Assembly: GCA_964016885.1 (NCBI GenBank)
Contig: OZ024757.1
Span: 40,424,001 to 40,488,000, forward strand
Length of the DNA: 64,000 nt
Direction: 5' to 3'
Origin: Eledone cirrhosa
Lineage: Eukaryota
The number at the start of each line of letters is the position of its first letter. Position 1 is the stretch's first letter. This document shows positions 11,885 to 24,744 of the stretch, in pieces. The notes under the pieces were generated by a model, which was not told the origin of the DNA, did not search any database, and worked only from the letters and a program-made list of their open reading frames with translations. A program made the position numbers and the translations under genes.

Positions 11885-12120
11885 GCATGTATGTATGTGT
11901 GTGTGTGTGTGTGTGTTGGCGGGTTTATGTTGCTGTACGTATATGTATATATAAGTATGTATATATATATGTGTATATATATAAATATATATATATATAT
12001 ATACATTATATATATATATATATATACATACATATACATACTTACATATACATATACATACAGCAACATAAACCCGCCAACACACACACACAGACACACA
12101 TATATGCATACATACATGCA
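11885..12120. repeat. Inverted duplication centred on an (AT)-rich tract
   Basis: GTTGGCGGGTTTATGTTGCTGTA and its exact reverse complement TACAGCAACATAAACCCGCCAAC, with mirrored microsatellite flanks. Confidence 0.85.
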
Positions 12121-12133
12121 TGCTACAATACAC

Positions 12134-12198
<65 letters not shown>

Positions 12199-12333
12199 AT
12201 TGAAATGAAATGAAAGGAAACATCAATAATGAAAAAGAAATTGGTCATTTATAAAAAAAAAACACAGAAAATATCAAAAACACGCCCTCCAAAATTACTT
12301 TTAGTAGTAGTAGTAATAGTAGTACTAACAGTG

Positions 12334-12381
<48 letters not shown>

Positions 12382-12658
12382 CCAATGGTGTTAGTAATAG
12401 TTATATAACAGTAGTCATAACAGTAATAGTAATTGAAATAAGTTTTAGTAGTAGTAGTAGTAATAGCAGAAGTTACAGTAATCGTAATGGTAGTTTTAAT
12501 AGTAGTAGTTGTAGTAATAGTAGTAGTTGTAGTTGTAGTTGTAGTAATAGTAGTAGTTGTAGTGATATTAGTAGTAGTAGTTGTTGTTGTTGTTCTGTTA
12601 ATGTTTTGTTTATTTCCTCTAATACTTGCATTAAGATTTTTATATTTTAAATTAATCA

Positions 12659-12708
<50 letters not shown>

Positions 12709-12726
12709 TGTATATATATACATACA

Positions 12727-12804
12727 CAGGCTGTCACATAAAATGTATACACACTTCAACAGCAATCTAATTAATGTATGTATACATTTTTGAGGGACAC
12801 CCTG
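12727..12804. mobile_element. Tc1/mariner-type MITE
   Basis: Imperfect TIRs CAGGCTGTCAC..AAAATGTATAC / GTATACATTTT..GGGACACCCTG-TA; related to 17476-17551. Confidence 0.65.
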
Positions 12805-13095
12805 TATATATATATATGTATACACGTACACACATATTTCTTTTTTCTAACCGTGTTTTCACGGGCGATGTTATTGCTACTGCTGCTATTTGTATTATTG
12901 TTGTTGTTGTTGTTGTTGTAGCTGCTACTGCTGCATGCTTTATATGTTGCTGCTGCTGTTGCTGCGGTTTGAAATTTAAATTTAACATTTCACATTTTTT
13001 TTAGAAATGTCTAAGAGAGTATGTAGTGATGTGATAGATGGGGTATTTTATTTGAGTATGGTGGTGGATTAGAGAGGGAGATGAGAGGACAGAGA

Positions 13096-13163
<68 letters not shown>

Positions 13164-13178
13164 TTTTAATATAGATGA

Positions 13179-13227
13179 AATTCTACAGGACTAGAACTGT
13201 TTCATTTTTCAGAAATCATCAGGAATC
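13179..13227 (-). ncRNA. Type I hammerhead ribozyme (mirror copy)
   Basis: Minus: GATTC-CTGATGA-TTTCTGAAAAAT-GAAA-CAGttctagtcCTG-TA-GAATT. Confidence 0.7.
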
Positions 13228-13232
13228 CCTGG

Positions 13233-13281
13233 GATTCCTGATGATTTCTCAAGAATGAAACAGTTCTAGTCCTGTAGAATC
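13233..13281 (+). ncRNA. Type I hammerhead ribozyme with complete stem III
   Basis: GATTC-CTGATGA-TTTCTCAAGAAT-GAAA-CAG ttctagtc CTG-TA-GAATC. Stem I GATTC/GAATC, stem III ACAG/CTGT, GUA cleavage after 13276; stem II is short and weak. Confidence 0.8.
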
Positions 13282-13363
13282 TCATCTATATAAAAACATT
13301 TATACTCTGCAATGTATTGAGTACCTTACTTACTGTGGTTACCTCCGATTCAACCCGGAATAA

Positions 13364-13434
<71 letters not shown>

Positions 13435-13584
13435 CTTCTACAAACTGTTTCATTCCGTATTAAACTTTCTAGTAATATATTGAGTACCTTACCAACTCTG
13501 GTTACCCGCGATTGAACCTGGGACTCACACACTCGCATTTAAATATATATATGGATAGAGAGAGAGGGGGAGAGAGTGGATAAA

Positions 13585-13728
<144 letters not shown>

Positions 13729-14182
13729 ATATTTATATATATATATATATATATATGTATATGATGGAATAGCTAAGAACTTCATAGATTGTTAGTTCAT
13801 GTAAGGTGTATGTTTATGCTTACGTATGTGTATGTGTGTATGTATGTTTATATATATATATATTGTGGGATTGTTACTAATATGTCAATAAGTGTATGTG
13901 TGTATGTGTCTATATATATATGTGTGTGTGTGTGTGTCTGTAAGCTCAAGTAAAGCAGTCAGTGAAAGAGGGGTTTAGCAAGGAGATGTACTTGACGCCG
14001 TCCGCTTTACATGTTGCGTCAACTTCAGTTTTACCAACACAACTTATCTATTTAATCTACGTTTCTAAATATTTACAAGTTGCTCGCCTCTCTCTAAAAA
14101 AGAAGTATTATGAGAAACCTACCTTTATTGACATATATTTTCTTTGTTTGTTTGTATTACTAGTAATTTTTTTATTAATATT

Positions 14183-14670
14183 ATCCCACGGAGGTTAACT
14201 TTGCCTTTTATCCATACACTGCCGATAAAATAAAGTACCAGTAATACAATGGTGTCGGTTTAATTGACTTTTCCTCCCCATAAATTGCTGGCCTTGTGCA
14301 TAAATCAGAAATCATTATTACAACCCTTTACATTCTGAGTTTAAATAACACCGAAGTACCTCTGCCTTTCATCCTTAAGGGGTCGATACAATAAAGTACC
14401 AGTCATGCACTGGGGTTGATTTAATCGACTTTCCCTTACCCCCAAACCTTTATTAGGGTTATGGGTTGACGGAATCGTTAGAGTCGGACAATAGCTTTAG
14501 GACATTTAATCACTGCCCTCTTCTGTCCGAGTTTAAAATCTCGCCAAGGTCAACTGTGTCTTACAACCTGTTGTGAGATACAATAATTAAAGTACCAGTC
14601 AACAACTAGGGTCTGTTTAACTGACTTTTGCCTTCCCCAATATCGCTCGTCTTTCGCCCAAACGTTATTG
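14183..14670 (+). mobile_element. Cluster of Deu/Nin-domain-like SINE copies
   Basis: Repeated GAGGTTAACTTTGCCTTTCATCC...GTCGATAAAATAAAGTACCAG...TTGCTGGCCTTGTGC modules; a further degenerate copy at ~15205-15320. Confidence 0.8.
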
Positions 14671-14726
14671 CGCATAAGTAGAGTAAGAAAATAAAGTTGT
14701 TTAATTTTAAGCAAAATGCAACTAAC

Positions 14727-14952
14727 TATGTACATGTATGTATATATATATGGAAGTCTTAAGGTGTATATAGCTATGTGTCTATGTGTATGTGGGAATA
14801 TTTACGTGCATATAGCTATGTACATGTATGTATATATATATGGAAGTCTTAAGGTGTATATAGCTATGTGTCTATGTGTATGTGGGATTATTTACGTGCA
14901 TATAGCTATGTACATGTATGTATATGAGGATGTCTTAAGATGTATATAGCTA
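14727..14952. repeat. ~92-bp tandem duplication, with an inverted copy at ~15785-15899
   Basis: GGAAGTCTTAAGGTGTATATAGCTATGTGTCTATG... occurs twice in tandem; its reverse complement follows the family A element. Confidence 0.8.
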
Positions 14953-15005
14953 TATATATATGTATACTGAATATATTGCGAAGCCTTCAGGCGTACATAG
15001 CTACG

Positions 15006-15064
<59 letters not shown>

Positions 15065-15582
15065 TTGATATGTGTACATGTGGTTATATATCTTGTAAAG
15101 CGATTGAATATTTATTTACTTATGTGTATCGAAAATCTAAAGCTATGCTTAACAGACACGCATCGTACGATTATTCCATACTACTTGTATCTTTAAGGAA
15201 AACGGAGATGTAGCTTAGTCGTTAGAACGTCGGGGAAATTGTTTTGCAATATTTGTTCAGGCTTCATGTCAACTGACTTCCCACCGACGTCAACTTTGCT
15301 TTTATCCTATCGAGATCCATACGTATATAAAATTAAGTGAAGATTGGGGCCGATTCTGCCTCTAAACCTCATTTTCATTTCTATCACACTCGCCCCTTCT
15401 CTTACTATCTGGATTTAGTCAGACCTGGAAAGGGGTCAAGTCCTATATACCCGAGATCCGTTACTGGTAACATTGTTGCCCTAAAACTCCGCCAGCAATT
15501 ATGTAGTAATGAAATAACATATGTATATATTTATGAATGGTATCTGTATCTAAAATGTAAACCTCAATCTGAATAGCTGATT

Positions 15583-15778
15583 ATAGGAAAATGTATGACC
15601 CCCGACGGCAGAGCTCAAGCCGTTTGGACAGCTATTTCAGTCCAGAAATAGCCGTCGAAACGGCTTGAGCTCTGCCGTCGGGGTCATACGTTTTCCTATT
15701 TCCCACTCTACTACCCTAAATATTGAGTACTCTGGTGCGTTATGGTCCATCTGGTTCCTTACCACAATTCCTTCGTTA
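15583..15778 (+). mobile_element. Family A fold-back mini-element
   Basis: Same arms and tail as 11244-11449, in the opposite orientation. Confidence 0.85.
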
Positions 15779-15921
15779 GCTGAATATATATACATACATG
15801 TACATAGCTGTATGCACGTAAATAATCCCACATACACATAGACACATAGCTATATACACCTTAAGACTTCCATATATATATATACATACATGTGCATAGA
15901 TCTTTGGTTATTTTAAAGACC

Positions 15922-16130
15922 TAGTACCTTGGGCAAGTTTCTTTCACTATAGCTTCGGTTTGCCAATGTATACTGTTTGGAATTTGGTAGACGGAATCTG
16001 TGTGCGTGTATGTGTGTGTGCGTGTGTGCGTGTGTTATTATGTGTGATCATATTAGTGGTTATGTCATGTAACTTGGCTGAGCGACAAAACGAGATCGAT
16101 GAAATAAGTGTACCAGCCTTAAAAAAACTA
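15922..16130 (+). mobile_element. CORE-like SINE fragment interrupted by a (TG) tract
   Basis: ACCTTGGGCAAGT..CTTTCACTATAGC...TTTGGTAGACGGAA resembles the octopus CORE-type SINE body (from recollection). Confidence 0.55.
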
Positions 16131-16141
16131 TCTCTCTCTCT

Positions 16142-16217
<76 letters not shown>

Positions 16218-16219
16218 GG

Positions 16220-16386
16220 TATATCAGACCTGTCAAACTCTAAAAAGCCAAACTGGGAAAAATGAGGCAAAGCGGGGTATTTTACATAATGAAAGCTATA
16301 CCCATTTTCACAAGAGAAAACATCACTCACCGACCCCAAAGTGGGTGGGAGATCCTCCCGTCGGACGGGGACAGTTCACAGGTCTG

Positions 16387-16390
<4 letters not shown>
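16220..16390. mobile_element. Small MITE in (TA)n
   Basis: TIRs ATCAGACCTGTCAAACT / AGTTCACAGGTCTGAT. Confidence 0.6.
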
Positions 16391-16463
<73 letters not shown>

Positions 16464-16850
16464 GGTGTGTATTGTTTACGATATGATAAACTAAATCACT
16501 AATGACTGAAACTTGTAAAAGCATAACAGAGGAAACATGCCTTGTTCCACTGAGTGAGTGAACGAACAAACAACTGCCTCTGTGTCTATGTATAAGTGTG
16601 TGTGTGTATATAAATAAATCTATATCTATATGTATATGTTAGTAGATGACTAGATAAACATAGAAAACTTTTAAATATTACAAGTGATCATATATTGATA
16701 CGCCTACTTTCTGTCATGAATATTTATATTTATGTAAATTTTTTTTCTTTCCGAAATGTATTTTATTTTTCGCATATAGCCGCATATATTCATATGAGAA
16801 TATGATGCTACAATATTTTAGCTACGATTATTTTTCTTATGTACTATCTA

Positions 16851-16891
<41 letters not shown>

Positions 16892-16964
16892 TATATATAT
16901 ATATATATTATTATTACATTGTCAATATTGATTCGGCTGCTGATTATATTTCAAACTATTATAA

Positions 16965-17013
<49 letters not shown>

Positions 17014-17031
17014 TATATATATATACATATA

Positions 17032-17369
17032 TAACAAAGGAATTGTGGTAAGGAACCAGATGGACCATAACGCACCAGACTACTCAATACTTAGGGTAGT
17101 AGAGTGGGAAATAGGAAAAAGTATGGCCCCGACGGCAGAGCTCAAGCCGTTTTGACGGCTATTTCTGGACTAAATTATAATTTTTAGCCTAGTGAATAAA
17201 TAGCCGAACTTGTCAAGGGGGTACCCCCTTATATGGAAGTACTCCATATAAGGAAGTACCCCCTTGACAAGTTCGGCTATTTATTCACCAGGCTAAAAAT
17301 TCTAATTTAGTCCAGAAATAGCCGTTAAAACGGCTTGAGCTCTGCCGTCAGGGTCATACTTATTCCTAT
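17032..17369 (-). mobile_element. Longest family A fold-back element, with complete hammerhead framework on both arms
   Basis: About 125-bp inverted arms around ~17240. Plus arm: CCCC-TTGACAA(17264-17270)-GttCGGCTATTT...AAATAGCCG-tt-AAAAC-GGC...GCC-GTC-AGGG; the minus arm is its mirror (17127-17220). Confidence 0.85.
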
Positions 17370-17475
17370 ATATATGTATATATATATATATATATATTTC
17401 AATATATTGTAGAATGCATAAGACAATCATATTCATATACATACACACGCAGACACATACATATATATATATATA

Positions 17476-17551
17476 CAGAGTGCCCCAAAAATGTATACAC
17501 CATTTGATTGGAAAGCTATAGACGGTTGTATACATTTTTAGGGACACCCTG
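17476..17551. mobile_element. Tc1/mariner-type MITE with TA target site duplication
   Basis: TA-CAGAGTGCCCCAAAAATGTATACA ... TGTATACATTTTTAGGGACACCCTG-TA. Confidence 0.75.
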
Positions 17552-17571
17552 TATGTATATATATATATATC

Positions 17572-17730
17572 GTTATGTTCTGTGTTCAAACCCCGCCAAG
17601 GTTAGCTTGCATTTCATCCTTACATGGTCGATAGTATAAAGTACCAGTCATGCACTGGGTCGATCTATTTGACGTTCCCCTCCCCCGACATTGCTAGCCT
17701 TGTGCCTAAATCAGAAACCATTATTATTAT
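17572..17730 (+). mobile_element. Deu/Nin-domain-like SINE
   Basis: B-box GTTCAAACCC, central domain, and TTGTGCCTAAATCAGAAACC(ATT)n tail. Confidence 0.75.
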
Positions 17731-17834
17731 TAAATATTATATTTATTTGATCGAGATCTAAATTTTTTCCCCGTCAATATTATATCTTTCTGTTTTTATT
17801 TTTTTTTTAATTTCACTTTCCCCTATATAGAAAT

Positions 17835-17944
<110 letters not shown>

Positions 17945-17968
17945 TATGTATATATATATATATACATA

Positions 17969-18001
<33 letters not shown>

Positions 18002-18174
18002 GAGGATATTTGCACCACGTTTAAGCTTCTACCGTCTCTCTATCTAAGTTTATCCCTGGTTCAATCGGGTTCAATCGGAGGTAACCACAGTCAGTAAGGG
18101 ACTCAATACGAAGCAGAGTATAAATATTTAATGAAACACTTCTATTATTGTTAGCATCACATGTAATTCACTAA

Positions 18175-18300
18175 TTCATTTCTGAGTTCAAATCCCGCCT
18201 AGGTTAACTTTGCCTTTCATCCTTACGGAGTCGATAAAATAAAGTACCAGTAATACACTGGGATATTTGCTGGCCTTGTGCCAAAAGTAGAAACAACTAT
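18175..18300 (+). mobile_element. Deu/Nin-domain-like SINE
   Basis: GAGTTCAAATCCCGCC-AGGTTAACTTTGCCTTTCATCC...GTAGAAAC. Confidence 0.8.
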
Positions 18301-19899
18301 GTATATAAATACATATATATAGCATAAATAAAGTGTCATACACTTAACATGTAAGCGAGACCTTAGATTTCGCGGTCCAGTTATGCCCACCACCACAATA
18401 ATGTGAAAGAGCCTCTTCTAAACTGGCCTTTGGTCGGGTACTCGGACAAAAATTATCAAAAAAATTATTTGATTCTAACATTTGATTTTATAAATATATT
18501 TATCGTTTTCTTGTATTAAGATTTAAATATTGGATAAGCTGTTATCTTGGACATAATTACACATATCTAACAATGAGGATAATGAGGAGGTGGTGAGGGC
18601 GGGGAAGAATAACTACAGTTTAGTTTGATAGAGGAATACCGTCCGAAGAGTTCTCTTTCGCTGCCAACCGTTTTGTTGGCTTATTTCTTTATAAAAATTC
18701 TTGAATGAAAAACATTGTAATAACGTGTAGCAGAAAAGAGAGAATTCTGTCAGTCAGTCGACTTGTGTTGCTTGTAACACCGATAGTGCTTCTTGGAGTA
18801 ATAGTAGTAGGAGGTGGTGCAGTAGTAGTTATAGTAGTTGTAGCTGTGGTAAGTAGTTCTCTGTGTTGAGGGTTGACTTGTTGGGTTTTTTTGTTTTTTT
18901 GCTAAAGACCTTCGTGCTGGTAAAGGTGGTGGTGGTGGTAGTATTAGTGGTGGTGGTGTGTTGCCGTTAAGAGTTTCATTGCCGGCATCACACTTGGTGG
19001 TGATGATGATGGCGGTAGTAGTAGTAGTGATAGTAGTAGTAGTGGTGGTGTTAGTAGTAGTAGTAGTAGTAGTGGTGGTGATAGTAGTACTAGTTGCCTG
19101 CGTTAAGGGATGTGGTTTTTTGTTATGGTTGTTATTATTTATTCAAGTTCTTCGTGCTGAGAATCATGAAGGCGAAGTTGGTGGTGGAGGCGGTGGTATT
19201 AGTGCTGAGAGCTTTGCGTTGCCGGCATCTCTCTTGATGGTGTCGTCCACGGGGGGGAGTAATGATGGCGGTGGTGTCGGTAGCAGTGTTGGTGTTATGG
19301 CAGTAACTATATTGGTGCTTCTGCTGCTGCTGTAATTGGTGTCGGGGTATGCCACTGTTATCTTCTTCTTCTTGTGGTTGTTGTTGTTATTGTAGTTTTT
19401 CTCATTGCTTTATTATATTGCTTTCTTTCGGCGGGATTTCGAGCTTTACAGGGAGGGTGATGTATCATCCATGTTTAGGGGCCCGCTGACTGGAAATTTC
19501 ATCAGAGAGAGAGAAGGGGTGAGGTAGATAAACCAAGGAGATAGAGAGAAATGGGGTGAGGTTGATAAATCAAGGGGGTAGAGAGAGATGGGTGAGGTTG
19601 ATAAATCAAGGGGGTAGAGAGAGAGAGGAGGGTCCTTACGTTTTATTTACGATAACAAAAATCGGAGGTCGTTGAAATACTTAGGATCTCCCTGACTACA
19701 TCCAAGTCAATGCCCTCAAACCCATCCCAAGTTCTCACTGGAGGTGTGAGGTTGGACTTGTGGTTTTCAGGGTGGTGGGCTTACGTGTTTTATGTGTGAG
19801 GTTCGTTGTTTTTTCTTCGTTTTAATTCACGTTTTATTTTCATTTTCGCCACATCTTTGCTTATCATTTCTTGTGTATTTGTCTAACTGAACACTGGGA

Positions 19900-20350
19900 G
19901 CTTTTGTTGTTGCTGTTGTTGTTGTTGGTGGTGGTGGTGCGGTTGTTGCTGTTGTTGTTGGTGGCGGTTTGGTTGTTGCTGTTGTTGTTGTTGGTGGTGG
20001 TGGTGTTGGTGGCGGTGTTGTTGGTGTTGGTGGTGGTGTGGTTGTTGGTGTTGTTGATGGTGTTGTTGCTGTTCCTGTTGGTGGTTTTGTTGTTGCTGCT
20101 GCACTTGCTGTTGGTGTTGTCGTTGGTGGTGGTGTTGTTGTTGGTGGTGTGGTTGTTGGTGTTGGTGGTGTTGTTGTTGGTGTTGTTGTTGGTGGTGTTG
20201 TTGTTGGTGGCGGTGTGGTTGGCGGCGGTGTGGTTGGTGGTGTTGTTGGTGGTGTTGTTGGTGGTGTTGTTGGTGGTGTTGTTGGTGGTGGCGGTGTGGT
20301 TGGCGGCGGTGTGGTTGGTGGTGTTGTTGTTGTTGTTGTTGTTGGTGAAT
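19900..20350. repeat. (GTT/GGT) trinucleotide mosaic
   Basis: Direct inspection; source of the poly-T/P, V/G and Q/H ORFs. Confidence 0.9.
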
Positions 20351-21659
20351 AATGGTGATATTGTTGTTGCTGCACTTCTTGTTGATATTGTCGCTAAACC
20401 ATCACGATGTTGTTACTGCTGATGTTGTTGTTGTTGATATTACCACTAGATGTTGTTGGTAATGTTGTTATTGCTGTGGGTAGTCACGGTATGTAGGAAC
20501 ATTTCTAGATTATTCTCTTCGCTATCTTCTTCCTTTCTCTCTCCTCTCTCAATTAAGTTGCTGATATTACAGTTATTGTTGTTGTTATTGGTGCTGTTGT
20601 TGTCGTTGCTGATGTTGTCGTTGGTGCTGTTATTGTTGTTGCTTTCCTTCTTTTTCCTCCTCTTTTAACTTATTCTTCTTAAACAGTTTTTTTATTTCTC
20701 TTTTTATTAATTTAGTAGAATTTTTGTAGTTTTTATTTTTATTTTTGCTGCAATATTGCTTCTCTTTATTATTATTGTTGTTGTTGTTGTTGTTACTAAT
20801 AACAAGCTATAATAAAGATGTTGATGGTGATGATGATGAAGTTGACGTGGTCACTTTATTTTGCTAAATTCTTTCGATTCTTCGACTGGTGTTTGGGTTG
20901 TATATATATTTTTAATGTTATTTTCTTTATTCTTCTCGTCCGCATTCCTTAATATGTTTTCTTCTTTCCTTGGCCTTCTATCTCTCTCTTCTCTTATATA
21001 TATCTTGTCTTCTATCTCTCTCCCCTCTTCTTGTCTTCTCTCTTTTCCCTTCTATAGCTCTCTCTTCTATATCCCTCTTGTCTTCTTTCTCTCTATCTTC
21101 TTTTCTCTTCTATCTCTCTCTCTTTCTTGTCTTCTCTCTCTCCTCTTCTCTTCCTCTCTTTCTCGTTATCTCTTCAACACCACAGCAAAAAAAAAAAAAA
21201 ATAGCCATCTTTTTAAATCTGTATTTATTTTTAGTTGTTCGTTTACTGCTGGCAAGCACCTATTGTAAATATGACTTCTTACATCTTGTTCTGGTTCTTG
21301 TTGCTGCTCCTGTTGCTTTTGTTATTGCTGCTGCTGTTGCTGAAAGTGCTGCTGTTGCTGCTGTGGCATTTATTTTTCTTTTCTCTTGTTATTACTGCTG
21401 ATTGTTCATTAATGGTATACATGTGATATGCTGTTGCAGCGGCTTCTGCTGTTGTTATGTGTTACTGCTGCTGAGGCTTCTGTTGTTGTTGTTGCTGCTG
21501 CTGCTGAGGCTCCTGTTGTTGTTGCTGCTGTTTCTGTTGTTGGTGGTACTGCTGCTGTGTTTGATGCTGTTGCTTCTATTTTCATTTCGCTTCTTTATTA
21601 CTACTGTCGTTCATTAAAGCTATGCATGTATTACACCGCTACTACTGCACCTGGCATTG

Positions 21660-21805
21660 CTGCTGTTGAGCTGTCATTGCTGTCGTTGCTGCTGTTGAGG
21701 CAGTCATTGCTGCTGTTGAGGCAGTCATTGCTGCTGTTGAGGCTGTCGTTGCTGCTGTTGAGACTGTCATTGCTGCTGTTGAGACTGTCATTGCTGCTGT
21801 TGAGG
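21660..21805. repeat. 21-bp tandem repeat (CTGTCATTGCTGCTGTTGAGR)
   Basis: About 6-7 units. Confidence 0.85.
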
Positions 21806-22115
21806 TTTTTGTTGTTGTTGCTGCTGTTGATGTTATTGTTGTTGTTCCTGCTATTAAGACTCCTGTTAACATTTACAACGGTAATTCTTTGTGAACAGTT
21901 GTAATTCGATCGTCTTATTGTTGTTATTGATGTTGGTGTTGCTGCTATTTCTGGTGCCACCATTCATGCTACTACTACTACTACTGTATTTTGTCCATCA
22001 AAGCAAGAACAAGCCATTATTTCTCGTTTTCTTTTTCCCCACTCTTCCTAAACTTCTATTGAACAGAACTTATGACAGACCAGAACAGATCACCGCTTTT
22101 AATTAAGCCAAATTA

Positions 22116-22335
22116 CACACATTTTATAAAATATATAAACCTCTACATATTTTATAAAATATATGAACCTCTACATATTTTATAAAATATATGAACCTGT
22201 ACACATTTTATAAAATATATAAACACTTACACATTTTATAAAATATATAAATCCTTACACATTTCATAAAATATATACTCCTTTACACATTTTATAAAGT
22301 ATATAATCATTTAGACATTTTAGTAAATATATACC
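22116..22335. repeat. 28-bp minisatellite with palindromic core ATTTTATAAAAT
   Basis: About 8 units at a 28-bp period. Confidence 0.9.
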
Positions 22336-23125
22336 AATAGCTGCGGTCTGGACTTCAGTTCACTACGTTTAGATTTGTACATTTAAACTGAAATGTTCGC
22401 TAAATATTTAGAGCGAGTTCGTACGGTTTATGCATTTACTATATATAGTATGTCTTGTAGAAAGACTAACAGAAATGTGTATAACTGTTGTTACATTTCT
22501 CGTTAATGGTATGTTTTTTTTGTAATTGTTTGTGTTTTTTTTGAAAAATTAGTTTTACTATAATGATATAGCACATTTTTTTTTTATTTTCATTTTAAAA
22601 TGTTGATATTTATTTTTAATTATGATTGTTTGTGATTTTCTGCAGTCATCGATATAATTATTTATGATTGACACTATCGAAAGTATTTTAATTAGAAAAC
22701 TAATTTCTCTGTCCCATTTCTTTCCTAAAGACATTCACACCGCTTTCACACAAATATTACATCAATATAATTCGCCTTAACATAAACAGCAATTAGTAAC
22801 GTGTTATATAATTTAATTGTGTTCATACGCGGAACAAAATCACGACGTAAGGTTTCAAGGTCCAAATTTGCCCACACCTCCAGAACACCAGAGGCAGAAA
22901 AAAGTGAACTTTCTGCAGGCACTAATATATATGTGTGTGTGTGTGTGTGCGAATATAAAATGGGCCCAAATGCCACCCTTTATATCTTGCCATTAGAGCA
23001 TTTCAAAATATAATGATCCTTTTATTTATAAAAAGTTATATTTTAAAATAGTCCAGTGACTTTTGGACCCCTACATGTATGTATGTATGTATGTATGTAT
23101 GTATGTATGTATGTATGTATGTATG

Positions 23126-23159
<34 letters not shown>

Positions 23160-24744
23160 TGTATGTATGTATGTATGTACATATGAATGTTTGTAAGTAT
23201 GTATTTATGTATGTATGTATATATGAATGTATGTAAATATGTATCTATGTATGTATGAATATATGAATGTATGTATGTATATATTTATGTATGTATATTA
23301 TTCATAATATATATTGCAATGTTACGTTCTTGTCAAATTCGTTTTAATATTGTTAAATTAACGAAATCTTTAGAATAATTAGTATGATTAAGATTAGTAT
23401 TAATTATTTGATTAATTAATTATTATAAATGATTAATTAATAATAATGAAAATTATCGGTAATTACCTTTCGAAATAATTTAGTTCGTCTCTGTTTCTTG
23501 GGTAGAAGCTTCGTTTTTTGTTAAAGAAAGTGTTGACTGTTACATTAAGCGTTGTTGTCTCTAGTACATTGAAGAATGAGAAAGTTCAACCAGTCACATA
23601 TGGAACACACACACAACTTGATGTTGCAAAAGTTTCATGTGGAAAAGCGAAAGAAATGAAGGCAAATTATTATTATTATTATTATAATTACAAATAATTT
23701 TTCCGTTCTCTTTTCTTTTTAAAATTCTTCCTTTTTTTTTTCTTCTAGTTGCTGTTTCTTTTTCAGTTCAATTTGTTGTTTTTTATATATATATACATAT
23801 ATATTATGGATATTTTTTAGTTTTGGGGGTTTTTTTTCAATTTTTGTTTTAGTTTTTAATTTTTTTTTAAATAACAGGTTTTAATAAAATCGGATTGATA
23901 AAAAAGATTTCAGAAAATTGTATTTTTCTTTGAAAATTTTAAAAAAGTTTGAAAATTTAATAATAAAACCTCACTTGAAAAATCGTTTTTACAAACCTCA
24001 CTATTATATATAGCTGAAGCCTCACTTATATATGATGTACGCACAACACAACTGTACACACACACACTTCGCTGTATACACACTTATTTACACACGCAAA
24101 GATAGAAAAATGACCACGCGTTCGCATACAACATTCGGTTATCTTGCTGCAACAAACAGAAGCGCCAAACTTTGATAAATAGTCCAGAATTTAATCAGAC
24201 TTCATACAACTACTACAATATAGGTAGTTAGTTAGTTAATATATATATGATATAATTTTTACAATATGCCGCTTAATTGAATTATTCAAAATGTCATCTC
24301 GTGTAGAAAAACGATTTAATGTGTTGAGTGAGGAAGAAAAGGGCAGTGAGGTTTTATTTAAAGTGAGGCAATCTGAACCACAGACCATAAAGAGAGGAGA
24401 CTAGGAAATTTATGTTAAGATTTTCGACTTAATCTTTTCTTTCTCTTTCAGTTTATATAAATACATATACAGATATATGTATATATATATACACACACAA
24501 TATATTATAATGTATATACAGTTCGTAATTGTCTTACTGCTTTTTATTTCATTAGTATTTTGTGTTTTTTGTTTGCTTGATTGCTTTTAAAAAGTTATTA
24601 TTTAAGCAATAAGATCAGCGCTTTTTCTTTCTTCTTTTCGGTTTATCTGTTTTTCTTTATTCCTCATTTAACCCAAACGGACTCGAATATCTGACCTGAA
24701 AAATAAATAAAAATATTGCATGAAAATATGTTAAATTATTATTT

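Larger units (their letters stand above)
13163..13366 (+). mobile_element. Family B fold-back mini-element with two head-to-head hammerheads and a 3' tail
   Basis: Inverted arms about a centre at ~13230, tail 13298-13366, and long (AT)n on both sides. Related tails at 13476-13530, 18045-18130 (minus) and 50350-50470. Confidence 0.85.

Noticed and set aside
19430-19510. CTGATGA...GAAA on the minus strand
   Set aside because: No stems I, II or III; it more plausibly belongs to a splice acceptor region.
19644-19740. Protein-like minus-strand reading RTWDGFEGIDLDVVREILSISTTSDFCYRK*
   Set aside because: No ATG, an in-frame stop shortly upstream, and no convincing upstream exon in phase.
19827-20375. 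Mucin-like Thr/Pro ORF
   Set aside because: Non-ATG start, pure trinucleotide mosaic, and no signal peptide or clear splice context.
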